36,833 nt of DNA from a virus (IMGVR_UViG_3300037467_003083:1-36833), one strand, 5' to 3'. Counted from the stretch's first letter, positions 1 through 8,035 are shown. Numbers and translations are program-made. Notes: generated by a model from the letters alone, not told the origin.

Positions 1-90
1 ATACGCCAGCACATCCATTCCAAACTTAGGATCACGTCGCATTTCGTCAGCAACGTCTTCCGCCTCAATTTCAGTGGAGACTTTCATCAT
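1..90 (-). CDS. hypothetical early protein, N-terminal part only (runs off the window edge)
   Basis: ATG at 90 with GAGG upstream; reads MMKVSTEIEAEDVADEMRRDPKFGMDVLAY to the edge; continues the tightly packed leftward operon. Confidence 0.6.
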   Translation of the reverse strand, partial: MMKVSTEIEAEDVADEMRRDPKFGMDVLAY

Positions 91-91
91 C

Positions 92-169
92 TCAGCGCCT
101 CACGATCTCGCCCGAGAGCTTGCGCTTCAGGGACGAGGATTGGGGGAAGGGTTGGGTGGGAGCGCTCAT
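92..169 (-). CDS. very small hypothetical protein (25 aa)
   Basis: ATG overlaps the HNH stop (ATGA); MSAPTQPFPQSSSLKRKLSGEIVRR; stop lies 1 nt before the next ATG, filling the gap exactly. Confidence 0.35.
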   Translation of the reverse strand: MSAPTQPFPQSSSLKRKLSGEIVRR

Positions 170-537
170 CTGGGCACAACTCCACCGCTGATTTTGGATT
201 TCCAGGGTTTGTCTCGGCCAGTGGGCCAAGAGCTGGTGCGTTGCCTAATGCCGAGATGGCGATCGCGGACGCGCTTGACCTTGGCCACGAGTGGCGTGTC
301 TCGCTTCGACGATTTCCAGCGATGGCACTTGATGCAGACCGCGGCGCAGTTTTCGAGCGTCGGTTCACCGCCAAGGCCGTCTGCAATGATGTGGTCGAAT
401 TCCACGCCGTACCCGAGCGGGACGTTGCAGCGCTGGCCTTCCGGCAGGCCGTAGAAGGATCCGGCCGCTTCGCAGAACATGCCAGAGCGCTTCAATGCGT
501 CTTGGCGAACCTGCTTGGAGAATTCTCGCCTGCTCAT
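166..537 (-). CDS. HNH endonuclease
   Basis: C-x15-C ... VEFDHII ... GGEPTLENCAAVCIKCH motif; ATGA overlap with upstream gene. Confidence 0.85.
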   Translation of the reverse strand: MSRREFSKQVRQDALKRSGMFCEAAGSFYGLPEGQRCNVPLGYGVEFDHIIADGLGGEPTLENCAAVCIKCHRWKSSKRDTPLVAKVKRVRDRHLGIRQRTSSWPTGRDKPWKSKISGGVVPR

Positions 538-953
538 GCCGCCCTCCTCTGATCCAGCACGGCAACGGGATCGATACCGTAGTGCTGCGCGATAAGGGCG
601 AAGGCGCGTTCTTGGAACGCCTTGAATGCAGGCTGGTCCTTGGCAGCGAAGGAGATAGAGCCAGGCACATAGTACGGGGCGCCGCCGATGGACTGGCGAA
701 GCTGTGTGATGCCGCAGGCCATCTTGAGGGCGTCGAGCAACTCGTCGACCGTGTTGAACGGCACGGCGCCAGACTTGACGATTTCTGAGAGCGTCTTGAA
801 AAAGAACCGATGGTGCTGAAGGCTGCGCTTCTGCTTGATTGTGACCTCGACCTCGGCGCCCATGGTGATCGCGTCCAACTCCTCGGCATCGAAGGCAGAG
901 GCAGGAGCGAGGCCGGCGCGGGTGCGGTGCATGATGATGGGTATGGCTGCCAT
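534..953 (-). CDS. DUF1367/NinB-like recombination accessory protein
   Basis: KRSLQHHRFFF and SISFAAKDQPAF motifs; sits between the annealase and HNH genes. Confidence 0.6.
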   Translation of the reverse strand: MAAIPIIMHRTRAGLAPASAFDAEELDAITMGAEVEVTIKQKRSLQHHRFFFKTLSEIVKSGAVPFNTVDELLDALKMACGITQLRQSIGGAPYYVPGSISFAAKDQPAFKAFQERAFALIAQHYGIDPVAVLDQRRAA

Positions 954-955
954 GG

Positions 956-1663
956 CTATGCTGCTCCCTTCAGGTCATCAGTTCCGATGGCGGCGCGATG
1001 CTTGGACGCCTCGGCATTGACGTGGTTACGATCGACTTCGTTCATGCCGCGATAGGCCTGGATGAATTCAGGCTGGCGCTTCATGGCATCGAAGTCGGGG
1101 ATGGATTTGCAGCCCTTCAACTCGCGAACCAGGGCGACGGCCGCGGCGCTGACAGCCGGCTCGAATGCCTTTGCCGGACCGGATGTGACGACAACCTCCG
1201 CCTTCGGCGCCGGAGGCTTGAGGCCGCTGGCTTGCGCAAGAAGGCGCTCAAGGCGAAGCATTTCGCTGTCCTTGATGTGCTTCCACTGGTCCACCTCGAC
1301 CCATGGCGAGGCAATGTCATAGAGGTAGCGGCCAATGCCCCACCGAACGGCGGCGCGCTTGAAGGCATCGGAAAGGGCGCCCTTCTCGGCTTCGATATCG
1401 CTATCGCCGGCGCCGTCTTCCTTCCATATCCATTCGTCACCGATCTTGAGGCCGATGGCGCAGACGGTTTTGCCGTTGGCATGCGGATACCGACACTGCC
1501 AGTTCTCGGGGCCAACAACCGTGTCGAGACGTTCCATCACATCGCGGGCATCGATGTAGGCCAGGGCCATGCCCTTGGTCTTCTCCTTGTTCATGGAGCC
1601 GACGCGCCATGACACAAGTGAAGGATCGAAGGGGGCTTTCAGAGCTAAGAAGATCTCAGTCAT
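956..1663 (-). CDS. Rad52/Rad22-family (Sak-like) single-strand annealing recombinase
   Basis: LAYIDARDVMERLD..GPENW and EKGALSDAFKRAAVRWGIGRYLY signatures; GGAGG SD. Confidence 0.9.
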   Translation of the reverse strand: MTEIFLALKAPFDPSLVSWRVGSMNKEKTKGMALAYIDARDVMERLDTVVGPENWQCRYPHANGKTVCAIGLKIGDEWIWKEDGAGDSDIEAEKGALSDAFKRAAVRWGIGRYLYDIASPWVEVDQWKHIKDSEMLRLERLLAQASGLKPPAPKAEVVVTSGPAKAFEPAVSAAAVALVRELKGCKSIPDFDAMKRQPEFIQAYRGMNEVDRNHVNAEASKHRAAIGTDDLKGAA

Positions 1664-1884
1664 AGACCTTCCTCCAAATAGCGTTCGGCATTGGCGATGA
1701 ACTGCAGGGTGTTGCGGGCCGAGCCCGGCATGTCATGCAAGCCAAGCAACTTTGCGGATCCACGCAGATGGGCCAGGGCATCCTGCAGATAGACGCGCAG
1801 GTACCGGTTCTCCCTATCGAGTTCGGATAGTGAGGGCTGGGGCGGCGTTGTTGAGATGCGCTCCGGGGACAGTCTGTCCAGCAT
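1660..1884 (-). CDS. hypothetical protein (74 aa) overlapping the Gp157 3' end
   Basis: AAGGAGG-N6-ATG at 1884; MLDRLSPER...AERYLEEGL; ATGA overlap with the Sak start. Confidence 0.6.
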   Translation of the reverse strand: MLDRLSPERISTTPPQPSLSELDRENRYLRVYLQDALAHLRGSAKLLGLHDMPGSARNTLQFIANAERYLEEGL

Positions 1885-2311
1885 CGAGAGCCTCCTTGAT
1901 TTTGGCCTTGTCGGGCTCGGCGACAAATTCGGTGAATTCCAGAGGCAGGGCGGTGTCGTCCGTGATGACGACAGAAGCGCGGCCCTTGCCGATTGCAATG
2001 GTGATGTCGGCCGCAGGTATCTTTGGAATGCCGGCTTCCTGCATGGCCCACAGAGCGAGAGACCGAAGGCGCTCCGAGCGCTCCTCATGCCGCTTCTTGC
2101 GGGCCTGCTGGTTCTTGATCATCTGACCGACGACTTCGGCCTGAAGATCGGCCTCGACCGCTGCCCGACAGATATTGGTGATACGGTCCGTCAGGTCGCA
2201 GGCGCCTTCCAGCGTATCAAGAAGCGTCTGGTCATCGAGGTCCGGATTGTCGACCAGAAGCTTGGCCTTGATCTCCTCGTAGACCTGAAGCTCTTGAGCG
2301 ACAGTGCTCAT
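1814..2311 (-). CDS. siphovirus Gp157-family protein
   Basis: Start MSTVAQEL (ATGA overlap); LLDTLEG, coiled coil, and PDKAKIKEALDAG..VPGA C-terminus typical of Gp157. Confidence 0.85.
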   Translation of the reverse strand: MSTVAQELQVYEEIKAKLLVDNPDLDDQTLLDTLEGACDLTDRITNICRAAVEADLQAEVVGQMIKNQQARKKRHEERSERLRSLALWAMQEAGIPKIPAADITIAIGKGRASVVITDDTALPLEFTEFVAEPDKAKIKEALDAGQTVPGAHLNNAAPALTIRTR

Positions 2312-2487
2312 GCTCTCACTCCTGCGGCCTTCTCGGCGCGTTCCTTGCGGCGCTGCTGCGCGACTTCGTTCTTGAGCTTGGTGACGATGGCTTCCTGCAG
2401 ACGACCTTCCCAATGGGATGCGTCCTGATGGCGGGACTTCTTCCAGGCGACCACGTCTTTTAGGTCGGAGATGGAGTGGCGTTTCAT
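2308..2487 (-). CDS. hypothetical helical protein (59 aa)
   Basis: MKRHSISDLK...; ATGA overlaps at both ends. Confidence 0.65.
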   Translation of the reverse strand: MKRHSISDLKDVVAWKKSRHQDASHWEGRLQEAIVTKLKNEVAQQRRKERAEKAAGVRA

Positions 2488-3074
2488 GGAAGAGCATCCC
2501 AAGCCGCTTGCAGTTCCGCGGCGGAAAATGCAGGAGCTTCGCTGGCAGGCTGATCAATGATCCGCTGCGCTTCTTCAGTTTCGACGATCCGAAGGCCCTT
2601 GGATGCGGCCCAATCCCGGTAATAGGACTCAGTCTTGCCACCGGGGGCGAAATGCCGGTCGTAATTGTACCCGCGCACCTTGTCTTCGAACCATGGCTGC
2701 TTGCGCCACTGCAGGAAGACCTCCCACAGACCGGGACGATCGAATTTCAGCGTCGGGTTGCTCGGCACATAGGTGTAGACGGTTGGCTTGGGCGGTTCAT
2801 AACAAGGGATGTTGTCAGCTTGGCCCCAGTCGCGAACAACTGTTCCAGCCCAATCCCCGGACTCAATGACGAACCCGAAGCTCTCGCCAGCGTGGTCAAA
2901 GGTTCCCGATATCGTGTGATTGCAAGCGTTATGCTGGTGGACATCCGAAATCGTGATGCCGCCCTTCGATTGCTCGTTGGACCATTGTAAGTCGGCCAAG
3001 AGCTCCAAGAAGTCGGTGGCGACCTCATCGCCGTATTTTTCGCAGAACGACAAGAAAGCTGGGTGATCCATCAC
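2484..3074 (-). CDS. hypothetical protein (196 aa)
   Basis: Protein-like, aromatic-rich ORF coupled to neighbours by 4-nt overlaps. Confidence 0.75.
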   Translation of the reverse strand: MMDHPAFLSFCEKYGDEVATDFLELLADLQWSNEQSKGGITISDVHQHNACNHTISGTFDHAGESFGFVIESGDWAGTVVRDWGQADNIPCYEPPKPTVYTYVPSNPTLKFDRPGLWEVFLQWRKQPWFEDKVRGYNYDRHFAPGGKTESYYRDWAASKGLRIVETEEAQRIIDQPASEAPAFSAAELQAAWDALP

Positions 3075-3370
3075 GCCGCCCTCTGCCGCGGGAACTCGAT
3101 TGCCGCCGAATTGAAGGCCTCGATCACCGACTGGTCGTTGAGGAAATCCTGAAGAGGCGTGACGGACCTGGAGACACCGACGCCGGCCATATAGCGGGCC
3201 TCGGCAAAGATCTCGGACAGATGCTCGTCTACAAGCTTGCTGAACTGCTCCACATAATCGCGGACATTGAGGACTTCATCCGCCTCAGGCGAATTGCTGA
3301 TTTCACCGGTCTTGAGCGCGGCGAGCTTCGCCAGCAGGGCATTGTGGGAGATTGTGAAGGTGGATGACAT
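3071..3370 (-). CDS. hypothetical protein, first gene of the leftward (PL) operon
   Basis: Start MSSTFTISHN with GGGGAC upstream; the longer ORF-track start at 3427 lies inside the operator/promoter. Confidence 0.7.
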   Translation of the reverse strand: MSSTFTISHNALLAKLAALKTGEISNSPEADEVLNVRDYVEQFSKLVDEHLSEIFAEARYMAGVGVSRSVTPLQDFLNDQSVIEAFNSAAIEFPRQRAA

Positions 3371-3408
3371 CGTCTTGTCCCCATCGGTGGTGCCGGGTTG
3401 ATGGGGCG

Positions 3409-3483
3409 ATGAAAGCATTTCTTTCATTTGAGCGCAACAAAAAAGAAAGAGACGCTTTCACTTTTTTGGAAAGCCCACCTTCT
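3409..3483 (-). promoter_or_regulatory. PL promoter and OL operators
   Basis: Minus strand TTGCGC (3437-3432)-N17-TTTCAT (3414-3409); palindromes GAAAG-N5-CTTTC at 3411-3425 and 3445-3459, degenerate copy at 3469-3483. Confidence 0.8.
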
Positions 3484-4298
3484 CAGAAGATATGAATGCC
3501 GCCTAACACCTTGCCAACAATGGATATTTCGTCTTCCGAACGAACTATCTCAACGTGGCCGCCATTGTCGCTGATGATCTTCACTGTCAGATCGCCAGCA
3601 GCTTTCGCAGTTTCGAGCCGCTTAACCTGGACCTGCCCCCATCGGTCGCGAATTGCGTAGATGCCGTCAGGCGATGGGATCCGGTGGCGAGTATCGATTA
3701 TGAGCGGCGTGCCTGGTTCTATCGTTGGCCGCATTGAGTCTCCAGCGGCTTCCGCAACCAGTAGATCGCCCGGCCGCGCATTCAGGCGCGCGAGGAACCA
3801 GGGCGGAAAAATCCACGGGTAGACCTTGATCGCGTCCCTGGTCTCGATCTGATCGCCCTCGCGGTAATAGACATGGGCAATCTGGCCACCGCCGCCCATT
3901 CCGGGCCGGGCATCGAGCTCAACGATCCCGTTGGCTGGGATCTTGGGCGGGGCGTCAGGGTCAGAGTTATCAGGCGCTTCCGGCTCAAAGGGTGGGATGT
4001 TCCCAGGGCCCTCAGCCTCAAAGGGCTGTTCTTGGTCGACAACGCTATCGTCGAAACTGGCTAGGCGCAGCCGAGGCACTCCAAGCTTTTCCGGCGCTCT
4101 TCCAATTCCCTCTGACAGCCAATTCATATCGACGAGGAAAGTGCGCACTATCAGGGATAGGTTCTCGCGCTTGATGCCCTTGTCCAGTTCCCAATTCCCA
4201 ACGGCACCGCGAGTGACGCCAAGGCGTTCTGCAAAAGCCTCCTGTGAGAGCTTTGCAAGCATCCGTACATAACGGATTCGAGAGCCAACCGTGTTCAT
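3483..4298 (-). CDS. cI: CI-like repressor (XRE HTH + S24 peptidase)
   Basis: LSQEAFAERLGVTRGAVGNWE HTH; GDSMRPTI (Ser) and VKRL (Lys) catalytic motifs; GMGG putative cleavage loop; divergent from cro. Confidence 0.93.
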   Translation of the reverse strand: MNTVGSRIRYVRMLAKLSQEAFAERLGVTRGAVGNWELDKGIKRENLSLIVRTFLVDMNWLSEGIGRAPEKLGVPRLRLASFDDSVVDQEQPFEAEGPGNIPPFEPEAPDNSDPDAPPKIPANGIVELDARPGMGGGGQIAHVYYREGDQIETRDAIKVYPWIFPPWFLARLNARPGDLLVAEAAGDSMRPTIEPGTPLIIDTRHRIPSPDGIYAIRDRWGQVQVKRLETAKAAGDLTVKIISDNGGHVEIVRSEDEISIVGKVLGGIHIF

Positions 4299-4311
4299 CT
4301 CGTCACCGTGC

Positions 4312-4401
4312 GCAAGAATCTCTGTCCGCGCATCGAAAGAAATGCTTGCGCTTGATCGTAAGATCTGCTTTCATCCAAGAATGATGGAAAGCGAACCTGT
4401 C
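4312..4401 (+). promoter_or_regulatory. PR promoter and OR operators
   Basis: TTGCGC (4346-4351)-N17-TTTCAT (4369-4374); operator-like 15-mers at 4312, 4335 and 4358 (23-bp period) and at 4387. Confidence 0.8.
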
Positions 4402-4593
4402 TCCCCTCTTCAAAATCTGCTCCTCAAGATCACGCGGGTGGAGCTTGGTCGGCGTCTGGGCATTTCCAGCCAGGCAATCAGCCAATGGAAGAAAGTTCCG
4501 GCGGAGCGTGTTGCTGACGTTGAAGCCATAACAGGCGTTCCCAGGGAGCAAATTCGCCCAGACATTTTCCGTAAATCGGAGCGCGTATCCTAA
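4381..4593 (+). CDS. cro: Cro/YdaS-like repressor
   Basis: ELGRRLGISSQAISQWKKVPAERVADVEAITGVPREQIRPDIF; start at 4381 or 4384. Confidence 0.9.
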   Translation: MMESEPVSPLQNLLLKITRVELGRRLGISSQAISQWKKVPAERVADVEAITGVPREQIRPDIFRKSERVS

Positions 4594-5471
4594 TGGGACT
4601 TCGTGACCAGCAAAATGCCGAACTGTGTCAACGTCTTAAGGCGTTCGCAGCCGCCGGTCTGAATATGCGGCAAACCGCTGAGAAGCTTGATATTTCATAT
4701 CAGTCTGTCGTCAACGGGTCTAAGCGATTTGGCATCGTCTTTTCGAGAAAACACCGCCCAAAAGTCAATCCTCGGCCGGATGGTAGAGCGGACGAATTCG
4801 CTGTTCGTTTCCGGAATGGCGAAACTTTGCAATCCATTGCGACCTCTCATGGAATTACAAGGGAGCGCGTTCGGCAGGTACTCACCAGAAAGAAGGGGAT
4901 GGACCGAACGGATGGTGGAATATTCGTTCGCAGCGCGGTTCGTAGAAAAAAAATAGAAGACAAACGCGAGCAAGATGCCCGCGCCCGTTGGGGCTGCAGT
5001 CGCGACGAGTATGTCTCCCTTCTGGAAGTAGGAAGGCGGATGATCGCTGAGGGCCTATCTAGGGATAGAACCCCGGCTGGGGCCTTTGCCAATCAGAAGC
5101 AGAATGCAAAGAGCCGGGGCATTGAATGGCGCCTGACACTTTGGCAGTGGTGGGCTATTTGGCAGGAATCCGGCCGATGGGAAGATCGCGGCCGCGGCCA
5201 CAATTACATGATGTGCCGGAAGGGTGACGCGGGCCCTTACGCCGTTGGCAACGTCTTTATCGCGCCCGGGCACTTCAACAGCACGTCCGGACCCCACAAG
5301 AAATCAGGGCTTCCTACTGGAGTGTCTCTCCGTAAGGGACGCTATGTCGCCCAAATATGTGTTGATGGCGAGCAACGCTATCTCGGTGTGTTCGGCACTC
5401 CCGCGCAGGCGCATGAGGCGTACCTGACCGCGCTTGCCGAGGCCTCTCCTGCTCGTGAGGTGGCAGCATGA
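4593..5471 (+). CDS. multi-domain DNA-binding protein: two HTHs, HNH-like core, AP2 domain
   Basis: GLNMRQTAEKLDIS and GETLQSIATSHGITRERVRQ HTHs; AKSRGIEW...RKGDAGPYAVGNV; GVSLRKGRYVAQI..YLGVFGTPAQAHEAY (AP2). Confidence 0.75.
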   Translation: MGLRDQQNAELCQRLKAFAAAGLNMRQTAEKLDISYQSVVNGSKRFGIVFSRKHRPKVNPRPDGRADEFAVRFRNGETLQSIATSHGITRERVRQVLTRKKGMDRTDGGIFVRSAVRRKKIEDKREQDARARWGCSRDEYVSLLEVGRRMIAEGLSRDRTPAGAFANQKQNAKSRGIEWRLTLWQWWAIWQESGRWEDRGRGHNYMMCRKGDAGPYAVGNVFIAPGHFNSTSGPHKKSGLPTGVSLRKGRYVAQICVDGEQRYLGVFGTPAQAHEAYLTALAEASPAREVAA

Positions 5472-5560
5472 TCATCGCCGCCATCGTTCTCTATCTGCCT
5501 TCTGCCATCCTCATGGCCTGCGCCATCGGCCGCTCTCTCAGGGAGCCAGCCAATGCGTAG
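5468..5560 (+). CDS. small hydrophobic peptide (30 aa)
   Basis: ATGA overlap, GAGG SD; MIIAAIVLYLPSAILMACAIGRSLREPANA. Confidence 0.55.
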   Translation: MIIAAIVLYLPSAILMACAIGRSLREPANA

Positions 5561-5732
5561 AGACCCTCTCCCCAAGGGCTTTATCCCCGACAATCCCGGC
5601 GTCGACCGCGCCGACTTCGATTTCGACGACATGACCCACGGCACCGCCCGGTTTGTCGTGTTCTTCCTGATCCTCGTTGGTATTGGCGCCCTAGCCGGCA
5701 TCATCGGCCTTCTGACGTGGCTCAAGTCATGA
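5553..5732 (+). CDS. small single-pass membrane protein (59 aa)
   Basis: GGAG SD; MRRDPLPKG...FVVFFLILVGIGALAGIIGLLTWLKS. Confidence 0.65.
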   Translation: MRRDPLPKGFIPDNPGVDRADFDFDDMTHGTARFVVFFLILVGIGALAGIIGLLTWLKS

Positions 5733-5962
5733 GCCGCGGAACCTCATTTGCCGCTATTGCGGCTCCCCTTTCCGGGTCTCCCTCCCCCCGGAAGATCGAA
5801 GCTCCGGCTGCCTCTGCTGTTGATGCTCGATCCAACTTGGCGAGCGGTTTCCGTCCCCACGGCGCCGCTCGCCCCTTCCAATTCGCCCCTGTGGCGTCTG
5901 TCGTCGGGCTCACTCCCGACTTTGGCAGGTTTGGTTTGAACCTGTCTGGTGTCCGTGACTTG

Positions 5963-5997
5963 GCCGGGCGGTTCAATCCGCTCGGCTCTTTCCCTTC
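5963..5997 (+). terminator. tR1-like hairpin
   Basis: GCCGGGCGG-TTCAAT-CCGCTCGGC followed by TCTTTCCCTT. Confidence 0.45.
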
Positions 5998-6111
5998 GCG
6001 CTCTGTGGGCTCTGCCAAGAACCTTCCACGCAAGAGCGCCTATCGTTTCCACATGTCCTCCGTTCCGGTTGAACACCCTGTGCCCTCCATAGAGCACAGG
6101 ATGATTCCAGA

Positions 6112-6507
6112 ATGTTGGAAAAGCCCGACAGCAAACCGGAAACAATTCCGGAATACCGGAATGCCAACGCTACAGTTGGAACCCAGAAAATGACAATCGC
6201 GATTGAAATGCAGCAGGGCATTAAGCGCCTCGCTGGCCCTCGAAGGGACGGCGATAACTTTGAGAGCATGATTGCTCGCGCTGCCCGTGCGGCTGGCATC
6301 TCGTACCGCCAAGCCAAAACCTTCTTTTACGCTGAGAGCGATGACCCCCGTAGCAAGGCCGTAGAAGCCGTGCGCGCTGCCGTCGCCAAACACAAGGCAG
6401 CTTCCGATGAACTCACCGAACTCCGCAACCGGGTCGCCCGGCTCGAACGCCTCCTGGCATCGAAGGATGAGGACGGCTCTCGCAAGGCTCGTGCTGTGGC
6501 TCGGTAG
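6112..6507 (+). CDS. CII-position HTH regulator
   Basis: IARAARAAGISYRQAKTFFY HTH-like segment plus C-terminal coiled coil; lambdoid position; start may be 6190. Confidence 0.6.
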   Translation: MLEKPDSKPETIPEYRNANATVGTQKMTIAIEMQQGIKRLAGPRRDGDNFESMIARAARAAGISYRQAKTFFYAESDDPRSKAVEAVRAAVAKHKAASDELTELRNRVARLERLLASKDEDGSRKARAVAR

Positions 6508-6566
6508 CTGTTCGGCCGGTGCTGCCGAATACATCGCCCTTTGGATCGCACCATGGATCGAGGTGA

Positions 6567-6851
6567 ATGATGACTGACGTTCAAACGGTAGCTGCAGACC
6601 AACTCAAATCCATCGTCGATCGTATCCTGCGCCTCAAAGAGGATCAGGCCGCGATCGGTGATGACATCAAGGAAGTCTATGCCGAGGCCAAGTCGAACGG
6701 CTTCGACAAGACCATTCTCGGCCAGCTCGTTTCCATCAAGTGGAAGGAAGGCAAGGACCCTGCCAAGTTCTCCGAGAACTCGGCTATCCTCGACCTTTAT
6801 CTCCAGGCCTATGACAGCGCCTCGCACGCGCATACGCGTGAGGCTGCCTGA
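6567..6851 (+). CDS. gapR: GapR-like (DUF2312/UPF0335) DNA-binding protein
   Basis: QLKSIVDRILRL..IKEVYAEAKSNGFD..ILDLYL signature. Confidence 0.88.
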   Translation: MMTDVQTVAADQLKSIVDRILRLKEDQAAIGDDIKEVYAEAKSNGFDKTILGQLVSIKWKEGKDPAKFSENSAILDLYLQAYDSASHAHTREAA

Positions 6852-7249
6852 TGACCTACCAGTTCAAACCCTCTACTGCTACCCCCGAGCAAATCGACCT
6901 CGTCCGAGATTTGTATGCCGATGGAACACCCGCCTCGGTGATCGCACGCGCCCTGAATGTACATCGAGACACCGTCCGCAGGCTATGCCTCAAGCACGGC
7001 GACAGCGATCCCTACAAAGAGGATGCCGAGTGCAAGGCCATAGGCATCCCCAAGGACGACTTGCATCCGCTTCAGGTGCGCAAGATGACGATGGCCCACC
7101 TCCAGGACATCCTGGCTGCGCACGGCTACTACAAGACCTGGGAGAATTACGACATTCCTCCTGAGCCAGCCGTTCCCCTGCGCGCCTACCACTCAACTGC
7201 GCTGTCTGTCTGCGGATCGCCGGCAACGATGTGCGCGGAGGTGGCATGA
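6851..7249 (+). CDS. HTH domain protein
   Basis: LYADGTPASVIARALNVHRDTVRR HTH; GSPATMCAE C-terminus. Confidence 0.65.
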   Translation: MTYQFKPSTATPEQIDLVRDLYADGTPASVIARALNVHRDTVRRLCLKHGDSDPYKEDAECKAIGIPKDDLHPLQVRKMTMAHLQDILAAHGYYKTWENYDIPPEPAVPLRAYHSTALSVCGSPATMCAEVA

Positions 7250-7617
7250 GCAACATCGTCCTCAACCTGCCTCTTCCACCGAGCACCAACAACCTCTTCA
7301 TGAACGTGAAGGGCTATGGCCGCACGAAGTCCGTTGCCTACAAGCAGTGGATCCAAGAGGCCGGCTGGGAACTGATGCGCCAGCGTGCCGAGCATATCCC
7401 TGGCTGGTACGAGCTGTTCATCTTCGTGCCTGCCAAGACCCGCGGCGATATCGACAATCGCGCCAAGGCACTCTCAGACTTGCTCGTGAAGCATGCCGTC
7501 ATCCCCGACGATAGCAAGGCCTGGGCAATCCACATCCACCGGGACCATCGCGTCGAGAGCGGTTGCCAAGCTGTTCTGCGACCCGTCTCTGATGCCGAGA
7601 GAGGTGTCTCAGCATGA
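7246..7617 (+). CDS. rusA: RusA-family Holliday junction resolvase
   Basis: LPLPPSTNNL N-terminus; GDIDNRAKALSDLL and IPDDS catalytic motifs. Confidence 0.9.
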   Translation: MSNIVLNLPLPPSTNNLFMNVKGYGRTKSVAYKQWIQEAGWELMRQRAEHIPGWYELFIFVPAKTRGDIDNRAKALSDLLVKHAVIPDDSKAWAIHIHRDHRVESGCQAVLRPVSDAERGVSA

Positions 7618-7775
7618 CGAGCTTTCCGTTCCGAGCCGCTGCCAAGCTATGGGCATCCGGCTCCGACACCACCGACATTGCCAAGAAGCTTCACCTCAAA
7701 GAGGCCTCCGTCTGGAACCGCCTCACTGAGATCAAGCGGCTTGCCAAGGCCTACCTGGAAGGACAGGCAGCATGA
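7614..7775 (+). CDS. small HTH protein (53 aa)
   Basis: MTSFPFRAAAKLWASGSDTTDIAKKLHLKEASVWNRL...; ATGA overlaps at both ends; too short for the ORF track. Confidence 0.7.
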   Translation: MTSFPFRAAAKLWASGSDTTDIAKKLHLKEASVWNRLTEIKRLAKAYLEGQAA

Positions 7776-8035
7776 AACGGGTCAAGCATGAGCTTTCCTA
7801 TCACGCTCGCATCCTGAGCGCCCGCCTTCGAGAGGGCATGGTTCTGCGCGCCCAGGCCGACGCCACAGAAGAGGGCGTTGCCAATGGCGGGTTGATGTTC
7901 TGGTTGACGCCAACTGGACGAAAGTGCGGCCCCAAGGCCGCACGCGAGCTTATTGCCAAGGGAAAAGTCTCCCCAGTCGGGGATGCCCTGTTCGCCGATC
8001 AAACGCAGTCTTGGGTATGGGCAGGTGAGGCATGA
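7772..8035 (+). CDS. hypothetical protein (possible winged helix)
   Basis: Coupled ORF; ARELIAKGKV..DALF. Confidence 0.7.
   Translation: MKRVKHELSYHARILSARLREGMVLRAQADATEEGVANGGLMFWLTPTGRKCGPKAARELIAKGKVSPVGDALFADQTQSWVWAGEA

Noticed and set aside
1814-2641. ORF-track N-terminal extensions (Gp157 from 2641; likewise cro from 4291, adaptor from 20681, endolysin from 35422)
   Set aside because: The extensions overlap other genes or operators; internal starts have SD or overlap support
5717-6193. 158-aa ORF (ATGA-coupled at 5729)
   Set aside because: Pro/Ser/Arg-rich, crosses many hairpins and overlaps the CII-position gene; more likely non-coding, though not excluded
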